From NCBI RefSeq assembly GCF_009914755.1, contig NC_060947.1: a stretch of 64,000 nt of DNA; one strand, 5' to 3'. Shown here piece after piece: positions 51,653 to 64,000 of this stretch. The position numbers were made by a program, and so were the translations under genes. Below the pieces are notes generated by a model. The model worked only from the letters and a program-made list of their open reading frames with translations. It did no database searches and was not told where the DNA came from. Numbering within the stretch: the stretch's first letter is position 1; the number at the start of each line of letters is the position of its first letter. The stretch comes from the human T2T-CHM13v2.0 reference genome, Homo sapiens.

Positions 51653-54600
51653 TGACATCAACAAGATGGTGAATGGGAAGTCCATCACATCTCTCCAGAG
51701 CAACAAGAATCTGGCAGCCATCCATGGACCAAAGTACCTTTGTGGGAATTTTGGACCCAGGTAGGATGTTGCAAAACTCTAGTAGAGTCCAACACCAAGG
51801 AAGGCTGTTTTGAGAGGGCAGGCCCACACCCAGGCTTGTTGACTGTGGTGAAGGTTACAGACCTGGAAATAGCCTCATCCCCCTGTAAACTCAGCTACAA
51901 TGCCATTTGGTCATGATTCTGCCACCAAAATCATCTTCCAAGGCATCCAGGAGGAGTCACAACCATCTGTGCCTCAAGTTACAGGACTGCCAATCTTGGT
52001 CCCAGCAGTATACCCTGAAGCAGCCTTATAACTCAGCTCTGGTCACACTCTGCTGTGGTATGGGAGCAATTATGCCTTCCCAGGGGCTTGCTGGGAGTCA
52101 TGCCTGTCTGTGCCATAGGAAGCAAGCTTGCTAACCTTGGTATCACAGCAGATCCTGAAACAGCCCTGTAACTTGGGTCCAGCTCCATTCAACTGTACAG
52201 GGCAGTCCTGTCCACCCAGGAACCTGGCAGGAGGCACACCTGTCCATGCCCATGGAGGCAGGCCCGCAGGCCTCAGTCTTGGCTATAGACCTTGAGGCAG
52301 TTCTATGACTTGGTTCTAGCCCTTCTCAGCCACAGTCCCGGGCCTGTCCTGCCTGCCCAGGGACCCACCCAGTGACCTAGCAGAAGCCCCCCCATAAACC
52401 TGCTGAAATCACTCTATAAAGACTGATTTGCTCCTTCAAATGCACAGAAACCAGTGAAAGGCTATACAAATAACAAATAATCCAGCAAACATGACATCAT
52501 GGAAGAAAACTAGTATAATTCCAGTAACAGCCCAAATAAATGGAGATCTATTAAAGGCTTGAAGAAGAATTCAAGATAATCATCCTGAAGTGCAGTGAGT
52601 TGTAAGAGAACACAGACAACTGAACAAAATCAGAAAAACAACACATAAATGAGATGAGAAGTTTAATAAAGAAATAAAAACCACAAAAAGGACCCAAACA
52701 GAAATCCTGGAGCTGATGTATACAATGACAGAACTGAAAACTAAAAGAAAGAGTTTCAATAGCAGACTTGATCATGCAGAAGAAAGAAATGGGTAACACA
52801 AAGATAGGTAATTTGAAATTAGCCAATTAGAGAAACAAAAAAAGAAAAAAAATGAAAATGAGTGAAGAAAGCATAAGGAACCTATGGGACACAATAAGCA
52901 AATGAATCTACTAATTATGGGTGTCCCATAATTTAGGAGAAGAAAAAGAGAGAGAAAGAAACAGAAAGATTATTTCAAGAAATAATGGTTGGAAACTTCA
53001 CAAATCCTAGGAAAGAAATGGACATCAAGATTCATGAAGCTCAGAGGATCCCAAGCAAGATCAACTCAAAGAAGAATATCCTGAAGCACATTATAATCAA
53101 ATTGTCAAAAGTCAAAGACAACAGAGAATATTGAAAGCATTAAGAGAAAAGAGTCTCACCACATACAAGGGAACCTCATCAGCAAACTTCTCAGCAGAAA
53201 TCTTGCAGGCCAGGAGGGAGTGGGATGATACATTCAAAGTGCTAAAAGATGAAAAAACTGCCAATGAAGAATACTATAACCAGCAAAGTGGTCATTCATA
53301 AATGAAGGAACAATAAAGACATTCTCAAAGCCAGGCATGGTGGCTCATGTCTGTAATCCCAGCATGTTGGGAGGCTGAGGTGGGAGGATTGCTTGAGGCC
53401 AGTTTGAGACCAGCTGGGGCAACATAGTGAGACTCTGTCTCTACAAAAATAAAAATAATAAAATTACCCAGGCATGGTGATGTCCAGCTACTTGGACTTC
53501 CAGCTACTTGGGAAGCTAAGGCAAGAAGATCGCTTGAGCCCAGGAGTTCAAACTTCAGTGAGCTATGAGCATGCCACTGCACTTCAGCATAGGTGACAAA
53601 ATGAGACCCCATCTCTAACAACAAGAAAAAAAGACATTTCCAGACAAATAAAAGATAAAGGATTTCATCACGACTAGACCTACCTTACAAGAAATGCTAA
53701 AGAAAGGTGTTTAAGTTGAAATGAAAGGATACTAAATAACAACATTAAAACATATAAAAATATGAAACTCACTGGTAAAGGTAAATATATCATCAAATCC
53801 AAAATACTCAGAATACTGCAATGGTAGTGTGTAAATCACTTTTAACTTTATATCTTTTTATATCATGTATCCATTAACAAATTATTGTAGCTGTAGTTAT
53901 TTTTAGTACTTTCGTCACTTATGTTAGAGTTAAAAGTGGAAATCAAAAAGTATCTTGAGGCAAATGAAAATGGAAACACATCATACCAAAACTTATAGAA
54001 TGCAGCAAAAACAGTTCTAAGGGGAAAGTTTATCATGATAAATACCTACATAAAGAAAAAAGGAATGTCACAAATCAATAACCTAACTTTACATCCCATG
54101 AAACTAGAAAAAAAAGAATAAAATAACCCTAAGATAAACAAAAGTAACAAACCCTTAGCTAAACTAACCAAGGAAAAAAGAGACACAATATCAAATAAAT
54201 AAAATCAGAAATAAAAGAGAAGACATTACACCTGATGACACAGAAATATAAAGGTCATAAAAGACTACCATGAACAATCATATGCCAACAAATTGGATAA
54301 CCTAGAAGAAATGCATATGTTTCTAGACACATACAACCTACCAAGAATAAATTATGAAGGAAGAAAATCTAAACAGATCAATGACAAATGAAATTTAATC
54401 GATAATCAAAAACCTCCTAACAAAGAAAAGCCCAGGACCAGACAGCTTCCTAGGTGGTCAGTAGTTCAAGACCAGCTCGGCCAACATGGTGAGTTTGAGA
54501 CCAGCCTGGCCAACATGCTGAAAATACAAAAATTAGCCAGGCATGGTGGCGTGCTCCTGTAGTCCCAGCTACTCGGGAGGCTGAGGCACGAGAATTGCTT

Positions 54601-57489
54601 GAACCAGGGAGCAGTGAGCCGAGATCGCGCCATTGCACTCCAGCCTGGGCAACAGAGTGAAAGTGTGTGTCAAAAGAAAAAAAAAAAAAAGGATTAATGT
54701 CAATCCTTCTCCAACTCTTCCAGAAAACTGAAAAGGCAGGAGCACTTCCAAACTCCTTTTACAATGCAAGCACTACCCTGATACCAAAGCTAGGCAAGGA
54801 TAGTCCCAGAAAAGAACATTACAGGCCCATATCCCTGATGAACATAGATGCAAAAAATCCTCAACAAAATACTAGCAAACCAAATTCAACAGCACATTAA
54901 AAGGAGCGTACACCACGATCAAGTGGGATTTATCCCTGGGATGCAGGGGTGGTTCAACATGCATATGTCAATAAATGTAATATACCACATTAAGAGAAGA
55001 AGAATAAAAATCATAAGATCATCTCAATAGGTGCAGAAAAAGCATTTGACAAAATTTAACATCTTTCCATGATAAAAACTCTCAGCAAATTAGACATAGA
55101 AGGAATGGATCTCAACATAATAAAGGCCATATATGAAAAGTCCACAGCTAACATCATACACAATGGTGAAAAGCTGAAAGCTTTTCCTCTAAGATTAGAA
55201 ACAAGGCAAGGGTGCTCATTCTGCCATTTCTATTCAACACAGTACTGGATGTCCTACCAAGAGCAATTACACAAGAAAAAGAAATAAAAGGCATCTAAAT
55301 TGGAAAGAAAAAAGTTAAATTGTCTCTGTTAGCAGATGACATAATCTTATATAGAAAACCCTAAAGCCTCCACCAAAAAATTGTTAGAACTAATAGATGA
55401 ATTCAGTAAAGTGTCAGGATATAAAATGAACATACAAAAATCAGTTGCATTTCTATACACTGACAATAAACTATCCAAAAAAGAAATGAAGGAAAACAAT
55501 TCAATTTACAATATCACTAAAAGGAATAAAATACTTAGGAATAAATTTAACCTAGGAGGTGAGAGATCTGTATACCAAAAACTGTAAGACATTGAAAAAA
55601 ATCGAAGAAGCCACAAATAAGTTGAAAGATATCCTGTGTTCATGGACTGGAAAAATTAACATTATTAACATGTCTATACTACTCAAAGTGAGCTATAGAT
55701 CCAATACAATCCCTATGAAAATTCCAATGACATTTTTAAAAGAAACATAAAAAAATCCTAAAATTTGTATGAGACAACAAAAGACCCTGAATAGCCAAAG
55801 TAATCTTGAGAAAGAAAAACAAAGCTAGAGGCATCACACTTCCTGATTTCAAACTATATTACAAAGCCATAGTAATCAAAACACTATGGTACTGACATAA
55901 AAACAGACACAGAAACCAATGAAATAAGATAGATAGCCCAGAAATAATCCCATGCATTTATAGTCAACTAATCTTTGAAATGGGTCCCAAGAATACACAA
56001 TGGGAAAAGGATAGTTTCTTCAATAAATGGTGTTGAACTAGACATCCTCATGCAAAATAATGAAACTAGACTCTTACCTTATGACATACACAAACATTAA
56101 CTCAAAATGGATTAAAGACTTAAATGTAAGACCTGAAATCACTAAACTCCTAAAAGAAAATATAGGGAAAAAGCTCCTTGACATTGGCCTTGACAATGAT
56201 TTTTTGGATATGACAACAAAAGCACAGGCAACAAAAGCAAAAATAAACAAGCAGGAGTACCTCAAACTAAAAATCTTCTGCCTAGCCAAGGAAACAATCA
56301 ACAAAATGAAAAGGCAACCCACAGAATGGAAGAAAATATTTGCAAACCATATCTCTTATAAGGGGTTAATCTCTAAAATATATAAAGAACTCATACCACT
56401 CAATAGAAAAAAATAAAATAACATAAACTTTTTAATAGGCAAAGGACTTGAATAGACATTTTTCCAAAGAAAACATACAAATAGCCAAAGGGTATATGAA
56501 AAGGGGCTCAACATTATTAGTCATCAGGGAGCTGCAAATCAAAACCACAGTGAGATATCACCTTACACCTGTTAGGATAGCTATTATCAAAAAGACAAAT
56601 GGTAAGTTTTGGTGAGGATATAGATAAAAGGGAATCTTTGTACACTGTTGGTAGGTATGTAAATTGTTACAACCAGTATGGAAAATAGTGGGGAGTTTCC
56701 AACAGTAATGAAATTAGTGTCTTGAAGAAATATCTGCACCCCCATGTTCACTGCAGTATTATTCGTAATAGCCAAGACGTGGGATCGACCTAAGTGTCCA
56801 CTGGCAGATGAATGAATAAAGAAAGTGTCACACACACACACACACACACACACACGAATATTATTCAGCCATAAAAAGGAGATCCTGCCATTTGCAATAA
56901 CATGGATGAACCAGGAGGATACTATGCTAAGTGAAATAAGCTAGACACAGAAAGAAAAATACCATATGATCTCATTAGAGCTGGATGTGGTGTCACATGT
57001 TTGTAATCCTAGCTACTCAGGAGGCTGAGGTGGGAGCATCACTTCAGCTCAGGAATTTGAGACCAGCTTGGGCAGCACAGAGAGAACCTGTCTCTAAATA
57101 TATATATTTGTAAATAAATGTAAATTAAATTCATAGAAGCAGAGAATAGAATGGTGGCTGCCAGGAGCTGGGGCAGAGGGAAAATAAGGAAAAATTTGTC
57201 AAAGGGCACAAAATTTCAGTTACAAAAAGAATAATTTCTGGGAATCTAAAGTATAGCAGCATTAATAATACTGTATTATATGCTTGAAATTTGCTGAGTG
57301 GATCTTAAGTATCCTCACCTCTAGCCACAAACACACACAAAGGGTAACTATGTATGGTGGTGAATGTATTGATTAATTTGATTGTTGTAATCATCACACA
57401 ATGTATACCTGTCTCAAATCATCACATTGTGCACATTGAATATACACCATTTTTATTTGTAAATTATACCTCCATAAAACTGGTAAAAA
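51653..57489 (+). mobile_element. Near full-length L1MA-type element (5' UTR, ORF1, EN-deleted ORF2, 3' UTR) with Alus at ~53330-53630, ~54452-54690, ~56980-57100
   Basis: Starts gacatcaacaagatgg; ORF2 peptides [12 protein letters not shown] and [16 protein letters not shown]; degenerate TSD aaaaattaactcaagt / aaaaatgaacttgaagt. Confidence 0.85.
56829..56855 (+). repeat. (CA)n microsatellite
   Basis: About 13 perfect CA units. Confidence 0.95.
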
Positions 57490-57563
57490 TGAACTTGAAG
57501 TGTATTGTAGATCTAAATGTAAAAAAAGAAAACTGTAAAATGTTTAGTAGAAAACACAGGGGA

Positions 57564-57920
57564 GGTCAGGGGCAGTGGCTCACACCTGTAATCCCAGCAC
57601 TTTGGGAGGCTAAGGCAGGAGGACCACTTGAGACCTGGAGTTTGAAACTAGCCAGGGCAACATAGCAAGACCCTGTCTCTACAAAAAAATACAAAATAAA
57701 TTGGCTGGGTGTGGTGGCATGCTCCTGTAGTCCCAGCCACTCTGGAGGCTGAAGTGGGGGGATCGCTTGAGCCCAGGAAGCGGAGGTTGCAGTGAGTTGA
57801 GCCGAGATCACGCCATGGAACGCCAGTCTGGGTGACAGAACCAGATCCTGTCTCAAAAAAAAAAAAAAAAGAAAGAAAAAAGAAAAAAAAAGAAAAAAGA
57901 AAGAAAGAAAAGAAAAGAAA
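57564..57920 (+). mobile_element. AluJ-like element with an extended (GAAA)n tail
   Basis: Alu consensus. Confidence 0.88.
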
Positions 57921-59707
57921 ATATAGGGGAAAAATCTTCATGACATGAGGTTAGACAAAGAGTTCTTTCAGTTTGACACCAAAAGCACAATCTATAAAAG
58001 AAAAAAAATTAATAAGTTGGGCTTCATCAATATTAAAAGCTTTTGCTGTAAAAAGGACCCTGTTAACAAGAATGAAAAGATAGACACAGATTAGGAGAAA
58101 ATGTTTGCAAATCACATATCAGACAAAAAAACTTATATCCAAAATGCATAAAGAACTACCGAAAGTCAACAGTAAGAAAACAACCCAATTGAAAAATGGG
58201 CAAAAGATTTGAATGGACACTTCACCAAAGAGGATATACAGAAAGCAGACAAGCACATGAAAAGCTGTTACGCATCACTAGCTATTGGAGAAATGCAAGT
58301 TAAAATTATGATGAGCTACCAATGCGCATATATTAGTTTTTTTTTCTTCTTTTTTTTTCTTTTCTTTTCCCCCAGTGCACATATATTAGAATGGCTTGGC
58401 CATCTTCACTACAAACTAAATTAGGAGCCTACCTATGTGAACTTCCTCTTTGATAACCCTCTCCAAGACGCCTCACTTGAACGTGACAAGAGAAATTGGA
58501 ACCATCTTCTGGTGTCAAGGCCATAATACCTAAGGGAGTGTCACACATACATAAATGCTTGTTCTTCATCATTCCTTCTTCAGATACCCTTGCTTTATGT
58601 CACGGAACTCTTTTTACATGAGACTTAGCTCTTCCACATTTGGCTTCTATTTCTCCTATATCTTTAAATTCCACTTTTGTTACCGTGCACGACACTGATG
58701 ACACTCGGGCTGGGTCTGGAAGCCTTGCTCTGAAAAAAACGTTCCTCGTCTCCTGCCGGGTCATATCTGCAGTTCCAATAGGTTCCACAAGGGGGATGGT
58801 GTTACCCAGGTAAGGGCTCTTAGACCGCCTTTAGGACTGGTGGATGAATGAATCAGATAAAAGGCACACAACTAATCCGTCTATGCTTTTAAAATAACAT
58901 CACATTTAAATAACACTATACATGCTGACTAAATAGTAATTATCAAGTTTACTACTGAAAAGAGAAAACATTTGCTTATTTCGTTTTCAATTGGTCTACA
59001 GATATTTGTTGAACACCTACTGTGTGCCAAGCTCTCTTCTAAATACTGGGGAAACAAACAAAATTTATTTGAAACAAAATATAAAAGAAATGATACACTT
59101 AGGCTAACTTTAATTAGTGATTATTCTTATTTAACTTTATCTGAATTTCCTTCTGAAGCTTAACTGGCAAATTTACTCTCCTCTTTGATGAAGGGCATAG
59201 ATAGCAAGGCTTTTTCTCCATGGCAGGCTTCCCATAAAACTCCTCCCACCACGCTTTCCTGTCTAATTTGAATGCTTACAACAACTATCTCGACCAGTGC
59301 TTATGAGGGCAATTCAGCCTATTACAAAGGTTTCTTCTACTCCATAACATGACTTTTTAAAGCACTGTCCACTCAGCCTTTTTCCTGCTATTTTCATTTA
59401 TGTCCAAAATGCAAGAGACAAAGAACTGGTAGGTAACTCCCGAGTTTCTTCTTCCCTGAAACTTTTATCTGCTATGACATGGTACCTGGTCAAAGAAGTC
59501 ATTCCCTTAGCTAAGTCTTTTTTTATTCACCATATGTATACTTAGCCCCTCTTTCTCATGAATGCAGATTTTTTAAATGGAATTCATTCGCACTGCTGTA
59601 ACATGTATCGTGTTTGCAGTTACAGCCTGCTATGGCCATTTGCTAACACAGACTTCCCCTTCTGAACCTTTGTGATACTTTTGAATGGAACAAAATGAAC
59701 ACAGTAA

Positions 59708-60170
<463 letters not shown>

Positions 60171-60638
60171 GGAGTGGTTTTTAATCCGTGTTTACTTTTC
60201 AGCATCAAACAGCCTGTACACTGCGGGTAACCTCCCTGCTGGAATATGCAGACTTATCAGTTCAGCACAGGAAAGAGGGTCAAGCTTTTAGAAAGAATTT
60301 CCAGAGGTCCCAGAATGGGGATTCAGCTACCAGCCCAATGTGCTCTTCTTCCCATTCACCAAGCCGTGCTGTCCTTTGACCTCAACTTCATGGTTCTGCT
60401 CTTTCTTCAATTGAGAGTTTGGCCATCAAGGAGACCCAGATCCAGGGGCTTCAGAGGCCTGCCTAGACCACAGCAGAGACAAATGGAGGGCGAGGGGTTG
60501 GGGAAGAGGGGAGAAGGAGAGAAGAGTCCCACATCAGCCTAGCCCTGCTCCTGTAGTGTAGAGCAGAGGCCGGGGTTATGAGAAGTATACTAAAACTTGA
60601 AGGGAACTGAAAGGCTTGAACCCTTTGTGTCTCCCCAG

Positions 60639-60749
60639 GAGCTATTCCCATTCTCCTTATACCCTACTTTCTGTTATTCAGTAAGTTCTGGCCCTTGGCT
60701 GTGCTCTCCTTAGCCTGGCTCACCTATGATTGGAACACCCACAGTCAAG
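60639..60749 (+). CDS. DGAT2L6: DGAT2L6 coding exon 2, hydrophobic segment AIPILLIPYF...YDWNTHSQ
   Basis: Acceptor ctccccag, donor gtaaga; DGAT2-family W...D..T segment. Confidence 0.95.
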
Positions 60750-61179
60750 GTAAGAGACAGGGGCACAATGGTGGTCCTGTTTGGGCCAAGAATGGAAGGA
60801 CAGGGAGAGGGAGGTGGAGGGAGAGGGGGAGAACCAAGGGTAGGGGAGAGGGGAAGGAAGGGGAGGGAGAAGGGAGAGCAAAGCTCAGCAGGGACAGAGG
60901 TCTCTACCAGGTAGCTCAGGAAGAATTATGAGGTTGAGGTCTCTGGGCAGGTGCCCCCAGCTTCAGACTATTTTCCTGTCACCTTTCTGGTCGGCTCTAG
61001 AGGAGCAGGGGCTTCCTATGTCTTGGGGATTGGATTCAGGGACAGTACTTACAGTTCTGAGGTGTCAGAAGGAGGCCCCTCACGTGACCTGAGGACTGCA
61101 GGCAGAACTCTCCTCCTCTGGGAGAGGTAGAGGGACTGCAATGCCCTGTGTACTCTTCCCTTCCCTTCTGTACCCACAG

Positions 61180-61250
61180 GTGGCAGGCGTTCAGCTTGGG
61201 TACGAAACTGGACCCTATGGAAGTATTTCCGAAATTACTTCCCAGTAAAG
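61180..61250 (+). CDS. DGAT2L6: DGAT2L6 coding exon 3, GRRSAWVRNWTLWKYFRNYFPVK
   Basis: GGRR and YFP motifs of the DGAT2/MOGAT family; acceptor cacag, donor gtgacc. Confidence 0.95.
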
Positions 61251-61622
61251 GTGACCACTCTTCCTCGGGGTGCCCTCAGTCCCTGTTGCCCAGACCCTTG
61301 CTCCCTACTCAGCTCCATGTTTTCAGAGGCTTTGGTGGTCAGCAGCGAAGGTCAAGGCCCCGAGTCATAATGCAAAGCAAGGGCCCAAGATGGATGGGCA
61401 GGTGGGGAAACAGGTGGATGGCAGCCTTTCCTTCACTGGCAAACCCAGGTCAGCCTCTCTGACCATCGTGAGCCCTGGCAATCCTATGACAATGATGACA
61501 ACCTAGTGAACAGGGATTTGGGGCTCCCAGAGGGAAACATAGGCTACCTGCTGGGATTTTAGTCCACACGTGGTTTCTTCCTTCTTTGTAGCCAATGCTC
61601 TGACTCAATTTCCCTCTAACAG

Positions 61623-61827
61623 CTGGTGAAGACTCATGATCTTTCTCCCAAACACAACTACATCATTGCCAATCACCCCCATGGCATTCTCTCTTTTGGT
61701 GTCTTCATCAACTTTGCCACTGAGGCCACTGGCATTGCTCGGATTTTCCCATCCATCACTCCCTTTGTAGGGACCTTAGAAAGGATATTTTGGATCCCAA
61801 TTGTGCGAGAATATGTGATGTCAATGG
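61623..61827 (+). CDS. DGAT2L6: DGAT2L6 coding exon 4 with the HPHG motif
   Basis: HPHG encoded at 61674-61685; acceptor taacag, donor gtgagt. Confidence 0.96.
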
Positions 61828-63257
61828 GTGAGTATAAGAAATAATTAATTCTATTTTTTTACCTACTTCAAAGGTGCAACCCCAATAAGTCCTGACAATC
61901 ACTACCTGCTTGAAGAGTACATGATAGAAAATAAGTCCAGGACACCCTGGGCCCGTAACAGGAGTATGTGGCTAAGCATTAGTTTCTGTCCAAGATCTAG
62001 GGAGCAGGGTTTGATTGGGCAGCAGGGGAAATTATAGGCATTCATAGGAGTCACCAGGACTTTTTTCAGAGGGAGAACCAGAAGGCTGGAATTCAGGACC
62101 AATGCCAAAGTGCAAATCGAGGATGAAAGCCAAGAATTAAACACAAATCCAGGGAAAAGCAGGTGTGAATGGGATAGCTCAGGCGAACTTCACCAGGCTC
62201 TCTCTAGGATGTCAGCTGGCCTCTTTGGGCCGGTCATTTGTACACCATGGTGTCTTAAAAACATTTTGAAGTCTATCATACTAGCTAAAACCCTCCTGGT
62301 CCATGACTTTTATCTCCCTGGAACCCCTTCACACTTGCATAAAATACTAAGGGATAAAGGATAGGAGTTCATCAGAGTATCCAGAACAACTTCCCCATGC
62401 TCAGCTTCAAGTCAGGGCACTGTGACAAATGTCTCTCTCTCTGGACAAATAGTCATCCTTCTGGACACCAGAAAACAACTGAAGCCAAACATCCAAAGGT
62501 AAGATACATTTCTGTGGAGGGGCCAGGTGGGACCACTAGAGTCCCAGAGGATGCTTCTACTCTGCTCTGAGGTTAGCATGGCCCTGGAGCAGGAATACTT
62601 CTCAATGGCTAGAGTCTGGAGGCAATTTCTGCCATCACAGTAGACAATAGAAGGTGAGCGCAGGGCAAAGATGGGAGACAGAAGTGAGAAAGGCTAGATG
62701 ATTGTTGTTAAACAACAGGGTGTCATTCACATTCCATTATTCATCTACGTTTCAGTTTGGCTTGGTCAGGCTCAGGGGTCTGCCTACTCTCCAGAAACCC
62801 CAGCCATTGGCTTCCCTTTGGCAGGTTACTCTTAGGGAGGAAGCAGGTTGGTGGTGGCTAGTCTCGATTACCCCTGGAGGAGAGAACTCTGGAGGATCTC
62901 CAGTGTTGTCAGGCTGGGCAGAGTGGAAGATGGCTGTGCTTCATGGGTAGAGAGGGATGAGGTGGGCTTAGATACTATTGATCTGAAATGCAGTAGGCTA
63001 TGGATGGTAGGAGGCAGAGGAGCTCAGTATAGACCCAACTGCAGAAGCACAGACCCCCAAGGCAAACAGCTGACCCTAAGGACCAATCTTAGGCTAGGGC
63101 AGTCATAACCCGGGACACGAAGGTCAGAGACAGAAAGGTGGAAACAGCAATAGTCAGAAAACAGAAGAACTGTCTCCAAAAGGAAGAGCCTGGGAAAACC
63201 CCTTACCCCATCCTCAGGAATGAAGTTTTTCTACCACTTGACTCTTTGGTTTCACAG

Positions 63258-63432
63258 GTGTGTGCCCTGTGAGTAGCTCAGCCTTGAAGTACTTGCTGAC
63301 CCAGAAAGGCTCAGGCAATGCCGTGGTTATTGTGGTGGGTGGAGCTGCTGAAGCTCTCTTGTGCCGACCAGGAGCCTCCACTCTCTTCCTCAAGCAGCGT
63401 AAAGGTTTTGTGAAGATGGCACTGCAAACAGG
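63258..63432 (+). CDS. DGAT2L6: DGAT2L6 coding exon 5, VCPVSS...VVGGAAEAL...RKGFVKMALQTG; gene continues past the window
   Basis: GGAAE and RKGFVK.AL motifs of the DGAT2 family; acceptor ttcacag, donor gtgggt. Confidence 0.95.
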
Positions 63433-64000
63433 GTGGGTTCCAAGGTTCTAGTGCTCTGTTGTCAGGGTGCCATAGGCCCTCTGTAGCCCTCTCCAGAATG
63501 GTGCCCTCCCTGGGCACCTGTTAGAGGGCCCCCATCTTCACTCTAATTCCTTCTGTCTACCCCCTCACATTGTGCCTTAGGGATGTTTGGGCCTCCAGAT
63601 ACATTTCAGTGGGCACTTTTCTTACTTGAAGTTGGAGAAAGAACAGCAGAAGAAAACCTTTTACTTTCTGCCCATTGGCCTGGTAGGCTGGAGGTCTGGG
63701 AAAGCGGGGCTTCACTCTATATCAACCTGTTAACTGAGAGGCCCTAAGAATCTACCAACTGCAAGGGAGGCACTAGCTTTGATACCGTGAGGATCAAAAA
63801 GATAAGACATGACCCCAAAGAGCATACAATCTGGTTTGAGAAATAGACCTTATTCATTCAGCAGTTACGGAACACCCACTGTATATCAGGCATAGTACTA
63901 GGCATTTAGGATATAAAAGTAAATAAGACCTGGTCCTTGCAAACTCACAGTCCAATATGGAAGAAGACAGACCCATGCACATATAATTACCAAATACCTG

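Larger units (their letters stand above)
49600..58397 (+). mobile_element. Outer L1M ORF2 remnant (49600-51652 and 57490-58397), split by a nested L1
   Basis: RT-like peptides (LSKLGIEGNFLNLIKGIY; [18 protein letters not shown]); sequence resumes after the inner element. Confidence 0.8.

Noticed and set aside
54667-56416. Reverse transcriptase-like ORF fragments
   Set aside because: Decayed L1 ORF2 with stops and frameshifts; not an active or novel RT system

Overview
Primate (human-like) genomic DNA, dense in Alu, L1, L2, MIR and DNA-transposon relics. I recognise two + strand spliced genes from their translated exons. The first is the 3' part of IGBP1 (alpha4, PP2A regulator): four coding exons from 7985 to 27338, with AATAAA at 27644. 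The second is the 5' part of DGAT2L6: ATG at 38947 and five coding exons up to 63432, with YFP and HPHG motifs. This matches the known Xq13.1 neighbourhood. Nearly all other ORFs in the track are Alu or L1 artefacts. I see no evidence for a new multi-gene system. The best leads are: (1) a candidate poison exon with crossing RNA helices before the last IGBP1 exon; (2) three separate short local templated duplications; (3) an L1 micro-inversion with a deletion; (4) an unexplained CpG-retaining island with a ~130-codon near-open frame in DGAT2L6 intron 1; (5) an ARE and AP-1 motif cluster upstream of DGAT2L6. Repeat boundaries and subfamily calls were made by eye and are approximate.
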